A stretch of DNA of 64,000 nucleotides, from positions 146,072,001 to 146,136,000 of the forward strand of contig OZ024742.1 of the NCBI GenBank assembly GCA_964016885.1, given 5' to 3'. Shown here one piece after another: positions 26,915-40,100 of the stretch. The stretch is from Eledone cirrhosa. Lineage: Eukaryota. Under the pieces are notes generated by a model that made no database searches, had not been told where the DNA came from, and saw only the letters and a program-made list of their open reading frames with translations. The position numbers and the translations under genes are program-made. Every line of letters begins with the position of its first letter. Position 1 is the first letter of the stretch.

Positions 26915-27345
26915 AAAGAAATTAAAATTGTATGTTATAGAAAATAACATTTAACAAAAAAAAAATATTAAAAATAAAAATAAATTACATTTCATGTTAT
27001 GGGAAATAGTATTCTTAAGAAAAATTATATTTGTATGCTATATAACATAACATGTAACAAAAAAATATAATTGTATGTTATAGGAAATAATATTTAAAAG
27101 AGAAATTATATTTGTATGTCACAGAAAATAATATTTTCAAGAAAGAAATTATAATTGTCTTATAGAAAATAACATTTAACAAAAGAAAAATGATTGTATG
27201 TTACAGAAAATAATTTAAAAAAATCAAATTATAATTGTGATACAAAAATCATTTTCAAGAAAGAAATTATAATTGTATGTTGTAGAAAATATCATTTAAA
27301 AAAAAAATGATAATTGTATGTAATACAAAATAATATTTTCAAGAA
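26915..27345. repeat. AT-rich degenerate minisatellite, unit about 42-44 bp
   Basis: aaattataattgtatgttatagaaaataa... recurs about 10 times. Confidence 0.85.
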
Positions 27346-27554
27346 TGAAAAAATATATTAATCTGTGAAAGACGGTAGGGGAAGAAGATATTTTTTAAGT
27401 CAAAAGATCAAACTGATTGGTTTATGATGATCAGCGTCTCTCATTTGCAGCGACTTCTTCATACTATTGTAAAACGAAAGCATGTAATGTTTAGTGTTTT
27501 TTAAACCCTATGATATACCTAACTGTAATTAAATGGAAAGTTCCGGGCAACTTA

Positions 27555-27736
27555 ATATAATTGATTCTACTTTTGGCAGTGCCAGCAATTGCCCCAGAGC
27601 ATTTCTGGTGCTTTATTTTATCAACTCCATAAGGATGAAAGGCAAAGTTAACCTCAGCAGGATTTGAACTCAGAAATTAAAGGGCCATAACTCTATACGG
27701 CAAAGCATGATATTTGACACTCTACCGATACTGCCA
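27555..27736 (-). mobile_element. Diverged SINE family A
   Basis: ggatgaaaggcaaagttaacctc..gatttgaactcaga. Confidence 0.8.
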
Positions 27737-27789
27737 CAAGGGGATCCAAATATCTACTCTTCAGCAATGTAGCCAGTGATTTTTGACTA

Positions 27790-28261
27790 TGTTGATGGTG
27801 GTGGTGGTGATAAAGGGGAGGATGAAGAGTGTAGTGGTAGTGGTTATGGTGATGATAGTAAGGATAACTGTTATAATAGTGATGATGAAGGTAATGAGGA
27901 TGATGGTGATGGTAATGATGATGATGATAGTGGTGGTGGTGATGATAGTGGTGGTGATGGTGATAATGGCTATGATGAGGAAGAGGGTGATGATGATGAT
28001 GACGATGATGATGGTGATGATGATGATGAGGGCCATAATGATGGTTATGATGGTCATGTTAATTATGGTGATGATGATGATGATGATGATGATCGCGTTA
28101 GGAAGGGCATGCAGCCATAGCAACCTTTCTATAGATGAGATTTCTCCAAGCCATCTGGTCAAGGACCAAAGACAACCCGTCCAATCCATGGCAACATGAA
28201 AAGTGAACATTAAACATGATGATGATGATGATGATGGTGGTAATGATGGTGGTGGTGGTGG

Positions 28262-28299
<38 letters not shown>

Positions 28300-28360
28300 G
28301 TGGTGATGAGGATGATGATGATGATGATGAGGATGATGATGAGGATGATGATGATGGTGG

Positions 28361-28395
<35 letters not shown>

Positions 28396-28480
28396 GTGAT
28401 GGTGATGAGGATGATGGTGATGATGATGATGGTGATGAGGATGATGGTGATGATGATGGTGATGATGATGATGATGGTGG

Positions 28481-28518
<38 letters not shown>

Positions 28519-28638
28519 GTGATGATGAGGATGATGATGATGATGGTGATGAGGATGATGATGATGATGGTGATGATGATGGTGGTGATGGTGATAATGA
28601 TGATGGTGATAATGATGATGATGATGGTGATGGTGATG
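27790..28638. repeat. (GAT/GGT)n tract containing an RTE-like 3' end (about 28094-28230)
   Basis: Direct reading; gttaggaagggcat...aacattaaacatgatgatg runs into the expanded (TGA)n. Confidence 0.9.
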
Positions 28639-28718
28639 AATGTTTATTTCAGTTGCTGTCAGACGAGGACTTAATTATTTAAACTATCCACTTTTGATAA
28701 ATAGGATTTACTGGCTGA

Positions 28719-28724
28719 TTACTT

Positions 28725-28775
<51 letters not shown>

Positions 28776-28943
28776 TTACTACTACTACTACTTCTACTAC
28801 TACTACTACTATTACTACTACTACTACTTCTACTACTACTACTACTATTACTACTACTACTACTTCTACTATTACTACTTCTACTACTACTACTACTATT
28901 ACTACTACTACTACTTCTACTACTTCTACTACTACTACTACTT

Positions 28944-28980
<37 letters not shown>

Positions 28981-29069
28981 TACTACTACCACCACCACTA
29001 CCACAACCACTACTACTACTACTTCTACTACTACTACTACTTCTACTACTACTACTACTACCACTACTA

Positions 29070-29151
<82 letters not shown>

Positions 29152-29201
29152 TACTACTACTACCACCACCACCACAACCACTACTACTACTACTACTACT
29201 T

Positions 29202-29255
<54 letters not shown>

Positions 29256-29315
29256 TTACTACTACTACTACTTCTACTACTACTGCTACTACTACTATTA
29301 CTACTACTACTACTT

Positions 29316-29379
<64 letters not shown>

Positions 29380-29404
29380 TACTACTACTACCACCACCAC
29401 CACA

Positions 29405-29470
<66 letters not shown>

Positions 29471-29474
29471 GCTG

Positions 29475-29507
<33 letters not shown>

Positions 29508-29508
29508 T

Positions 29509-29544
<36 letters not shown>

Positions 29545-29653
29545 CACCACCACCACCACCGCCACCACCACCACCACCACCACCACCACCACCACTACTA
29601 CTACTGCTACTACTACCACCACTACCACCACCACCACCACCACCACCACCACC

Positions 29654-29711
<58 letters not shown>

Positions 29712-29931
29712 TCCCCACCACCACTACCACCACCACCACCACCACCACCACCACCACCACCACCACCACCACCACCACCACCACCACCACCACTACTACT
29801 ATTACTACTACTACTACTAAGTACTACTGCTATCAACACCAACAATGTAACAACAATAACAACAACAACAAAAATAACAACAACAACATAAGCACCATAA
29901 CCACCACCACCACCACAACCATCAACACCAC
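28719..29931. repeat. (ACT/ACC)n trinucleotide tract of about 1.2 kb
   Basis: Direct reading; it explains the poly-T/S/V ORFs. Confidence 0.95.
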
Positions 29932-30438
29932 CTGGCGGAGCCGATCTTCCCTACAAGTCTGAATACAGCCAATTTCTTCCAAAGAAAGAGAGGGAGTGAT
30001 AGAGAAAAGGTGAGAAAGAGATATAGAGGAAGAATCAACCCCAGTACATGACTGGTACTTTTTTTATCAACCTTGAATGGATGAAAGGCAAAGTTGACCT
30101 TGGCAGGATTTGAACACCTCCTCCATAGCAAGTTTCCTTGAGATACTATCATGATATAATGCATGGAGCACTCGGTATAATGTGGGTACATATGCAAGCA
30201 AGATAAGATTCTGGTCATCTGAGAGACCAGTGGCTCCGATTAAGTACCAACCTAGTCTGTGACAACCTGACAACTCTTGCTAAGAGGGAAAGCATATGTT
30301 GAAAATAATGATGATGATGATGATGCTGATGATGAAGATTATATACATAAAAATAAGCAGCGTAAGTCAAATATATATGTATATATATATATACATATAA
30401 TATATGTATGCCAGCCTGGAAGAATGGATGTTAAATGG

Positions 30439-30470
<32 letters not shown>

Positions 30471-30584
30471 ATATATATATATATATAGTGGTGGAACACT
30501 GGAAGGTAATATCCGTAGTGGTAGAGCACTCAGTCCATGGGACGAGTTAGGTAGAAGTGGTTACACAACAGTTAGTTCACCATA

Positions 30585-30624
30585 CCGAGAACAATTGTTT
30601 CACCTTAGCGGATCCTCAGCTCGG
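30585..30624 (-). ncRNA. Minimal type-I hammerhead ribozyme
   Basis: The minus strand reads CCGAG-CTGAGGA-T-CC-GCTAA-GG-T-GAAA-CAATTG-TT-CTCGG; stem III is the palindrome ACAATTGT. Confidence 0.8.
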
Positions 30625-30786
30625 AATGGGCATGGTTATAGGAACAGAAAGGACAACCGTACGAACGCGCATGCGCAGAAACCCGGTCACTTCACACAGG
30701 CAATATTAGACTGCGTGCGAGAGATGTAAGGGAGATATCTGCGAAGGTCCGAAAAGTTTTTAGGTTGAAACTAAAATTACAAAGAA

Positions 30787-31527
30787 TCAGTCCGGAGCCT
30801 TGTAGTTATGCAATAGGTGTTTGGCGACGTGTGGACAACGTGTGAAAAATTCATTTCTCGTGTTTAGGCAATCACTATTGCGTAATCTGTTTAGAATAGT
30901 TATTCGTTCGTCAATACATAAGCCACACGTCGGATTTCCCCTTGCGTATGGCTTGGACTTAGTGATGGCTTTCCATTGAATGGAGTAGTCTATACTTGAG
31001 TCCTTGAGGGACCATACGTGGGTCGCGAGTTTCGTGGATGAACGTCTGTCCGGGTACCTGAAGGTAGACTGGTGGTTCAGGAAACGTTCCTTAAATCGGC
31101 CCTCTGCCATGCCCACATAGGATTTGACCTCCTGTGGTTCGTTTGGTCGGTTGGAAGTGACCACAGCTTCATAAATTACAGCTGGTTTATTGCATTGCTG
31201 TTGAAGGAGGAAAGCTTCAGGCTTACGGCAAGAGCACCCTGGTGGGGTGTTGCTCCTAGGGCTGCTGGTGATGTGGGCCTTCATGTTCTTAGCGCAGGAG
31301 TATCCTAGTTTAACTTTGTGTCGGTTTAAGATTGAGAGGTATTTATGACCTATGGGAAAGTGTCTATCTAAGAGGGCTAGAAATTTTTTTCCTACATTGG
31401 TTTTAACGTTGAGTGAGAAGGGAGGAGAGAACCAGATAGTTTGTCTATTGTTGCGCTTACTTTTCTTAATGGTGTTGTTGCTAGTGGGAGAGTAAGTGAT
31501 AGGTTGTGAGAAGCCGCTGTTAGCCAA
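30787..31527 (-). CDS. PLE linker plus GIY-YIG endonuclease (C-terminal part of the element ORF)
   Basis: IWFSPPFS..VKTNVGKKFL, CSCR..C, VIYEA..YVG..FKERFLNH, CGLCIDE..LNTRNE..CPH; the upstream RT is frameshifted. Confidence 0.8.
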   Translation of the reverse strand: MANSGFSQPITYSPTSNNTIKKSKRNNRQTIWFSPPFSLNVKTNVGKKFLALLDRHFPIGHKYLSILNRHKVKLGYSCAKNMKAHITSSPRSNTPPGCSCRKPEAFLLQQQCNKPAVIYEAVVTSNRPNEPQEVKSYVGMAEGRFKERFLNHQSTFRYPDRRSSTKLATHVWSLKDSSIDYSIQWKAITKSKPYARGNPTCGLCIDERITILNRLRNSDCLNTRNEFFTRCPHVAKHLLHNYKAPD

Positions 31528-32614
31528 CGCCGTGTTATAGTAGGGTGCCGCTCTGTCAAAGATAGCCTTATTTGAGGAGACGTTTGAGATTCTAGTACTG
31601 ATATTCTTAACGAAGTTTCTAAAAACAGTGGGAGGGTGGCATGAGTCCTTGTGAATGTAATTGAGTTTGTTTCTCGTTTAGCTTATGGAAGGGTCTGTGG
31701 GTGGGTGTGCGAAGGTCTAAATTAATGTCTAAGAAATCTACGCTAGAGAGGTTGGTGGCTACTGTTATCCTAAGTCCTAACCCATTGAAGGTAGAAGCTA
31801 AGTCTTTTTTAAACCGGTCGAGGTCGTGACCACTTTTATGGCTCGATAAGTCAGTCCATCGTCGCGGTATATTCCCGTCCGGGAATCTAACACGTAATTC
31901 CCATAGGTCATAAATACCGCTCCATCCTTAACCGACACAAAGTTAAACTAAGATACTCCTGCGCTAAGAACATGAAGGCCCACATCACCAGCAGCCCTAG
32001 GAGCAACACCCCACCAGGGTGCTCTTGCCGTAAGCCTGAAGCTTTCCCCCTTCAACAGCAATGCAATAAACCAGCTGTAATTTATGAAGCTGTGGTCACT
32101 TCCAACCGACCAAACGAACCACAGGAGGTCAAATCCTATGTGGGCATGGCAGAGGGCCGATTTAAGGAACGTTTCCTGAACCACCAGTCTACCTTCAGGT
32201 ACCCGGACATACGTTCATCCACGAAACTCGCGAGCCACGTATGGTCCCTCAAGGACTCAAGTATAGACTACTCCATTCAATGGAAAGCCATACGCAAGGG
32301 GAAATCCGACGTGTGGCTTATGTATTGACGAACGAATAACTATTCTAAACAGATTACGCAATAATGATTGCCTAAACATGAGAAATGAATTTTTCACACG
32401 TTGCCCACACGTCGCCAAACACCTGTTGCATAACTACAAGGGTCCGGACTGATTCTTTGTAATTTTAGTTTCAACCTAAAAACTTTTCGGACTTTCGCAG
32501 TTATATCCCTTACACCTCTCGCACGCAGTCTGGTATTGCCTGTGTGAAGTGACCGGGTTTCTGCGCATGGGCGTTCGTACGGTCGTCCTTCCGGTTCCTA
32601 TAACCATGCCCATT

Positions 32615-32654
32615 CCGAGCTGAGGATCCGCTAAGGTGAAACAATGGTTCTCGG
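32615..32654 (+). ncRNA. Minimal type-I hammerhead ribozyme (inverted copy)
   Basis: CCGAG-CTGAGGA-TCCGCTAAGGT-GAAA-CAATGG-TT-CTCGG; one change breaks the stem III palindrome. Confidence 0.72.
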
Positions 32655-32699
32655 TATGGTGAACTAACTGTTGTGTAAGCACTTCTATATATATATATA

Positions 32700-32980
32700 A
32701 TCATCATCATCATCTCTGTTTAATATCCATCTTTCAACGCTATGTTAGCATGGGTTAGATGAATTATCTTGTGAGCAATGCCAGGTCAAGTGACCATATC
32801 TTGCTTGTACAGAACTGATTTTGGCTTGGTTTCTACAGCTGGATGCACTTACTAACACCAACCTCATTTACAATGAGTGCTGGGTGCTTTTTACCGTGAC
32901 ACCTACACGACCACTTTACAGTGCGGACTGGGTACTTTTTGCCATGACACCTACATGACCACTTTACAGGCTGGACGCTT
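32700..32980 (-). mobile_element. RTE 3'UTR fragment
   Basis: (TCA)n tail plus cactttacagtg units; homologous to 58317-58570. Confidence 0.8.
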
Positions 32981-33229
32981 TTTTAAAAAGGGAGCTAATA
33001 TATTTAATGCTGCATGCCAAAAACGTATTCACTAATTAAAATTACTTCTATTACTCATATAGAAGAGAAAAATTGCCAGATTTAATGGTCAATTCTGGTT
33101 AAGACAGACAATTCAGAAATAATCCAAATTATTTCATTTTCAAATGGCTAACTAAGATGTGTGTGTGTGTCCATGAAACATATATATATACACCAGATCC
33201 AAACACAAAAGAACCAAACTTCCACTGTC

Positions 33230-33560
33230 ACTGCCTCCGTCTCTCCCACTCTCCCCATCTCTCACTATTGTGAGCAAATAAGGGCCCACACGCTGGCCGC
33301 CCCACGGCCCTTCTGGACAGAATGGAGATGACATTTTCCCAGAGAATGGTGAGGGAGATGCATTGGAAGAGACATTCCAGCTTGTGAGGCTCACACCTGT
33401 GGCTAGCCAAATCTGTGCCAATGGTGGTGAGCAGACAGCTGGCCCTATGACCAACGACACCAGAAGTCTTCACTGCCACGAGCTTGACTGGGGTCATGAA
33501 GTGGGGAATAAATCTGATCCTAAGCACATACTGTAATAACTCAAGATATCTTCCCATCTA
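33230..33560 (-). mobile_element. CRE-like non-LTR retrotransposon C-terminal (RLE-region) remnant
   Basis: VAVKTSGVVG..LLTTIG..LECLFQCISLTILWENVISIL resembles the P.AVET.G..LFQRLS.A..RGNA motif of CRE-type elements. Confidence 0.55.
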
Positions 33561-33938
33561 TTTTGATTTCCTCAATGAAAACTAAGTGTTACCAGTAGTT
33601 GCCATATTAAATCATAGATCTATTCAGTTAGATATCTGCTGCCAATATTGACATAACCATCCATCAGGCCTATCACCAGGCTTTGTAGCTCAGGAAAATT
33701 TCAGAACATTCTAGGTGGGCACTCTTTTGCAAGGAGTGAATTTCAGGACTTCTTTTTTATAAACTTTATTTTCTAAATCTGAGGATGAACCATTGAAAAG
33801 TAAAGGGAGGACAGTGTCATTTAGTGCATCACCTCTGCTCTTAGAAACTGACCTGCCATCTACCCATATTTGTTCCCATCAAAGTTAGTTCTCTGCTGAA
33901 CATGCTTTCATTTGACAACAATGGTAGCTGGTTAAGAA

Positions 33939-34477
33939 GCACACACACACACACACACACACAGTCACACACATATACACAAGCACACACAATAACACAT
34001 ACACATACACATATACACATACACAAGCACACACAATAACACATACACATACACATATACACATACACAAGCACACACAATAACACATACACATACACAT
34101 ACTTGCACAGAAACAGGTATATATACACACACACAACACAAACATACACACACACAAACACAGACATACACATACACGCAGGTATACACATACCACATAC
34201 ACATACACACACAAACACAGATACACTCACATAGACACAGGTATACACATACACACACGCACACATACACACACACACACTACACACACACACACACACA
34301 GTCACACACATATACACAAGCACACACAATAACACATACACATACACATATACACATACACAAGCACACACAATAACACATACACATACTTGCACAGAAA
34401 CAGGTATATATATACACACACACAAACACAAACATACACACACACAAACACAGACACACACACAACACACACACACA
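33939..34477. repeat. (CA)n-derived compound repeat with internal duplications
   Basis: Direct reading. Confidence 0.9.
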
Positions 34478-35370
34478 TTTCTTATCTCCAATAGTTTTGT
34501 TAATCTTGTTTACCACAATGGAAAACTTATTGATATCCTTTTCTTTATGTCATAATACATTGACTTTAAAACACTTTTTGTGTGTGTTACTGTTTGTTTT
34601 TGCTCATAAATTATCTTCCAAAATTAGGAGTACTTGGCAATCTTGATTTAAATTCTGTATAGAGTTTTATAGCTAGTTAATCCATTGCTTGTAGTTGTTG
34701 TTCACCATGTCAACATGTGGGGTTTCTTTAAGCTCAACACAGATTTTTAGTAGTAGAAGCTATATTATAAATACTGATAAACTATTTCATTTCTCCTCAG
34801 GCATAGTCATGTGGTTAAGGAGTTTACTTTGCAACCATGTGGCTTCATGTTCACTCCAAAGGCATGGCACCTTAGATAAGTGTATTTTACTATAGCTTTG
34901 GGTTGAGCAAAGCTTTGTGAGGGAAATTTGATATATAACATCATCATCATCATTAACATCTACTTTCCCTGCTAGCAAGGCTGGTGAGGAGGTGAGTCTC
35001 TGCATCTTGCTTATGTACGGTCTCATATTCTACCGAGTGAACGGGGGAGGTTGTCATGTCTTTGACACAACTGAAGGGTCTCCCAGCCCTTTGTTTGTCA
35101 AGCTTTCTATGGCTGGTTGCCCTTTCTTTCATCAACCAATTTACAGTATGTACTGAGTGTTTATCCTGCAGATCACCAACACTAAGGAAGTTGTCATATA
35201 CTTGACTCTATTGAAGGGCCCTCCTAACCCTTTGTTTGACAAGCTTTATATAGCTTGATGCCCTTCCTATTACCTACCACTTTACAGCATGTACCAGGTG
35301 CATTTATCATATGGATCACCAACACTACGGAGGCCATCATGTCTTTGACACCAATGTAAGTTAGTCAGTA

Positions 35371-36907
35371 ATCATCATCATCATCATCTTCGTTTAACGT
35401 CCATCTTCCACGCTAGCATGGGTTAGACGGGAGTTGTTCCACTTGAGGCAAGGTTGGTCATGTTACCTACACGGCCACATTACAGCGTAGACTGTGTGTT
35501 TTTTTTTGTTGTGACACCTACATGATCTCCATCTCGATCTCATTATCTCATTTATTTGGACTGAATGTTGTGGTACCAAATTTACAGAGAGAGGGTGGTG
35601 TTGGTGGGAGTGGGAGGATAGGGTAGGGGTAGTGGATTGGGGTGTATATTTGGTTAAGAGGTGCCTACTGACTGTATATTTCGCTTTGTACATAGGCAAG
35701 GCGGGTCTTCTGCTAAGCGCCAAAGATCTCGGTCCAGTGACATTGTCTTAGACAGGTGCAAGTGTGTAAGGTCGGAATTTATCAAATCGTCCCAGGTTTT
35801 TCTGGGTCTACCTACACCGTAACTACCATCAATTTTGATTGCTCTGCACTTTTTTATACAGCTGTCATCTTTCATGCAAGTCACGTGACCATACCAACGT
35901 AGTCTTCTCTCAAGTAAATAGTATCTGATCCCTCTTATTCCTAATTACTCACTTAGTTCATTTATGCTTTGCCGTTCACATATATTACTATTACATATCC
36001 AACGGAGCATGCATGCTTCATTCCTTTCCAGTCTGCACAGGTCCTCTGCACGCAATACCCATGTCTCACTGCCATGTAGCATTGCTGTTCGTATACAAGC
36101 ATCATACAATCTGCCTTTCATTTTTAGAGAGAAACCTTTTGTGGCCCGTTCTAACTCTGGCTACTGTACATTCAGAATACCCTCCACCACTGCTGATTTC
36201 ATCACCCAGGTAACGGAAAGTGTCCACTATTTCTATAGAACCATCTGGGCAATAGAAGGAGCTAGTATCCTGTGGGCACTTGCTACTTATTGCACCTGAG
36301 CATCGGCCACATATAAAGTCTACGTTCTTAGTTTACCTGTGATCCCACTACATCTTTTATGTACCCATAATTTGCATTTGGGACATAAAATGGAATTTCT
36401 GCCTACTCCTTTCCTACACACAGAGCATGGCCAGTTCCCTGAGGGCACCTGTGCCCTATTTTCCTTTCTACAAACTAGAACTTTAGTCTTAGACAAGTTA
36501 ACTTTAAGGCCTTTTTGATTCTAGGCCATGCTTCGATGTTTGGAATTTCTTCTCTAGTTCAGCCATAGATTCAGCTATGAGACTTAGATCATCTGCGTAT
36601 AGGAGTTCCCATGGACAGCCGGTCTTGAACTCCTCTGTTATAGCCTGAAGGACAATAATAAATAGTAGGGGGCTAAGGACAGAGCCCTGATAAACACCAA
36701 CGTTTACACTAAATTCTTCACAATATTCATTGTTAATTCTAACCTTACTGACTGTTTCTTTATACATAGCTTGTATAGCTCTCACAAGCCATTCATCTAC
36801 ACCTAGTTTTCTAAGAGCCCACCAGATAATGGAGCGGGGGACTCTGTCAAAGGCTTTCTCCAGGTCTACAAAAACTAAGTAGGTACTTCTCCTGTAGTTG
36901 TTGTACA
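35371..36907 (-). mobile_element. 5'-truncated RTE LINE
   Basis: FVDLEKAFD..YADD, PHD-like finger, frameshifts and a (TCA)n tail. Confidence 0.9.
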
Positions 36908-36969
36908 TATTTATTGATTACTGTAGCCCTCAAAGCTACTACTTAAACAAGGTGATTCCAATAAAAATT

Positions 36970-37257
36970 ATGCATGAGAGAATGAAGTTTTATTTCAAAA
37001 TAATTTCATTCATTACTGAACATGACACGTGCTTTGCATATTGTCGATTCTAGGTCTTAATAAAAATGCTAAACCTAACTCCAGTATTGATCTGTTCATT
37101 AGACATGTCGATTTAAATCAAAATCAAAATATTCTGATTATATATAATCAAAATATGATGTTGATTAAGGCCTAAAATCGAGCATCTGTGATGCATGTGT
37201 CACATTCAATAATGAATAGAAATATTTTAAAGTGAAATTTCATTCTCTTATTCATAG
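36970..37257. mobile_element. Old foldback/MITE-like element with long imperfect inverted arms
   Basis: atgcatgagagaatgaa...taggtcttaat versus attaaggccta...ttcattctcttattcat. Confidence 0.55.
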
Positions 37258-37780
37258 TCTGGAACTAGCTGTTGAAATGGCAAGAACTCACCCGTTGTGG
37301 TCCTGTAACAGTTTACTTGTTTTCCCTCTTCATTTTCTTTTTTTTTTTTGTCTTTATTGGACCTTTTTTCTGTTTCTCCATTGTGATCCTGTCTCTATTT
37401 TGTACTCCTGAAGAGGGGCTTAAGTCCAACATGTTGAACTTTCTTTCTCCTTTTCCATATAAAGTGGGAAACTAATAAGACTTTTTGTACCTATTTGTCA
37501 TCTCTTTGAACTATATATATATATATATGTAATTATGTATATATAACAAATGTAAAAAAAGTTGAAAGATGAAGCGAGTAAAGTTATGCTAGCAAAATTT
37601 CAAGCTTAAGTCTCTGAGGATACATGTGGCTGTGAAATTAAGTGTTAAAAGTAAATTTATCGAATTAATGCTCAGATTATAATATATAGACATATCTCTA
37701 TATATTAAATGGGTCTTAAGTGAAATTCTTGCCATTTCCTTGTTTCATATTTTTTTCTGTTGAAACATGTGTAAGACAAA

Positions 37781-38243
37781 ACAAAAACAAGAATATACTT
37801 CTTGGCAATACTCCCACAATTTCTCGAATACCTGCCGAAGTGTGAATATTTAGTTGGCTGTGCTACATCCGGGGCAAAAAAACCACACTGTTCATCAGCT
37901 AGCTTGGACTCGACAATCTCCCTACATCTCTTTGCCAGTCATTCAAGGTAGAGTGGCTACTTCTCTGAATTGAGAGATTACAGCTCCGATACTATGGGCA
38001 TGTGGTTAAAATGTCTCAGGAAAGAATTGCTGGACAAAACCAGCTGGCAGGAGAACCATAGGTAGGCTCCGAGCAAGATGGTTGGATAACATCCTTGAGC
38101 TTGACAGATCACGCTTAGGGATCCAAATGGATCAGTTGCTTCTGACAGGGCCTGCTAGAAGGAGTGTTTGAGGACTCTGCCCTCATGATCCTCTCAGGAA
38201 TAAGTGGGTGAAGAAGAAGAAGAAGAAGAAGAAGCAGAAGAAG
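37781..38243 (+). mobile_element. RTE (different family) with a 5' inversion, (GAA)n tail and 14-bp TSD
   Basis: 37800-37948 on minus encodes REIVESKLADEQCGF..; 37950-38210 on plus encodes LQLRYYGHVVKM..RPRARW. TSD atgtgtaagacaaa at 37767-37780 and 38244-38257. Confidence 0.8.
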
Positions 38244-38364
38244 ATGTGTAAGACAAATAATATATCTTAAATATCTTCATCTTATTTATTTTATATATAT
38301 ATATAAACACACACACGTGTGCGCGCATGGACACACACACACACACACATATCATTATTATATT

Positions 38365-38502
38365 CAGTTACGTCCCTTTACGGACTGAGTTCAAATCCCG
38401 CCGAGGTTAACTTTCCCTTTCATCCTTACGGAGTCGATAAAATAAAGTACCAGTAATGCACTGAGTAATTGCTGGCCTTGTGCCATAAGTAGAAACAATT
38501 AT
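38365..38502 (+). mobile_element. 5'-truncated SINE family A with TSD
   Basis: attattatattcagtt occurs on both sides. Confidence 0.88.
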
Positions 38503-39779
38503 TATATTCAGTTTCATATCAATTTTCAATGCTGACACAGCTTAGATGGGTCATCACATTTTGAGATATAACAGTTCAGATGACCATACATTCCATTTTG
38601 GCATGGTTTCTATGGCTGGGTGCCTTATCTAACACCAATTACTTTACAGTGTGTACTGAGTGGATTTTAGCAATGCATCAGCATTACCACCTTACAGAAG
38701 ATTCACCTTTCCAAGCAAGTAGGATGAAATGACCATGAGGAGGATGGTAGTGAAGAAGTCAAGAGGTGTAGTGCCATTTAGGTTTCTGTTGCCAAAAAGC
38801 TCTCCCTCATCTTGTTTACTCCCCACCCCCTCCACAATGTACTGCAAAATATCTCATATATATATGTGGGAGTGTGTGTGCATGTGATTGCATGTGTGTG
38901 TATGTGTGTCAAGAGCAGTTTGACAAATGAAATCAATAAATTAAGCACCAGGCTTGAAAAGTAGGTACGAGGGTCAATATGATCGATTAAATCACTTTAG
39001 CATTGTCATTATCAAACACATGTGCACCCCCCACACATACATACATATATATACATGCATATATACAACAGGCTTCCATTCAGTTTCTGTCTACCAAATT
39101 TTACTCACACAGCATTGTAAACCATGTCTTGCTCATACATTTTATTTTTATCATAATTTATACAGCTGGATGCCCTTCCCGACACCAACTATTTTACAAA
39201 GTTAATGGATGTACTTCATCATGGCACCAACAAAACTACTTTACAGAGTGTACTGTGTGCATTTTCTCATGGCTTTGACACTTCGACTCTTATTGTAGTA
39301 CTGTCACTTTAAATGCCATCTTAGTTACAATATACTCACTACTTTACAAGGAAAATGGTTCAGACCCTCACAGACCTATAGGAGGCTGCATCTCAGAGGA
39401 GTCCTATCATATTACTTTTATCTGAAAACTGGGGTTAGGATTTGAACTCAGAATGCATAGATGGGGATAGATACCACAAGGTATCAAATATGGTCACACC
39501 ATGAATAAGCTGGTACTTGCAATGTCATTTAACCCTAAATATACAAAACCGCCTAAAACCACCCCAGGTTCTATAAAATGAAAAAAGAAAAATCACCCGT
39601 TTAATTGTTCTTATATAAAATTATTTGTGTTTAAATTAACATCTTGCATAATTTTATATAAGAATCATTTGTTAAGTTATGTTAACAATTCAATTTCCAA
39701 ATGAATAAATAAAAAGGAAATAGAAAGACGACAAAATAGCATGTATTGATGCACCATTACTATTTTCTTTTTAAGCTAG

Positions 39780-40100
39780 TCACTATTGAGACCAGCAGTA
39801 TTCTCAGCCCCTGGACAACTGTTTTCCCCTGCCAAGTTAGGAGGATGGTGTCATGCCTGAGAAAGAATCTTGCCCACACGATAGAATTGCTGATGCAGTG
39901 GGTACCACTGATTGTTCTTTGTGGTAATATTTTCACCATCTTGTCTGCAGCAGGGCACAGCAGAAATATACCATTCAGCCAGGGAAGAAGAGCAGTGGCT
40001 CCAAATTTTTCACTACCAAGCACTCCTTTTATTGGAATGAATTTTTCCACAGATCCTTACCCCTACCTCACTAAAATGACGCCTTTCCCATATGGTTACA
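39780..40100 (+). mobile_element. Decayed CR1/L2-like LINE 3' remnant
   Basis: Frameshifted GHS...RR..FFT....YWNE resembles the C-terminus of CR1-type ORF2. Confidence 0.4.

Larger units (their letters stand above)
30487..32687 (-). mobile_element. 5'-truncated Penelope-like element with an inverted terminal duplication
   Basis: The minus-strand body carries RT GIYRDDGL (about 31850-31876) and GIY-YIG. 31899-32687 is an inverted copy of about 30552-31357. It is inserted in (TA)n. Confidence 0.9.

Noticed and set aside
27761-29962. Long poly-Thr/Ser/Asp/Val ORFs (mucin- or biomineral-like)
   Set aside because: These are pure trinucleotide microsatellites open in several frames on both strands, with no signal peptide or splice context.
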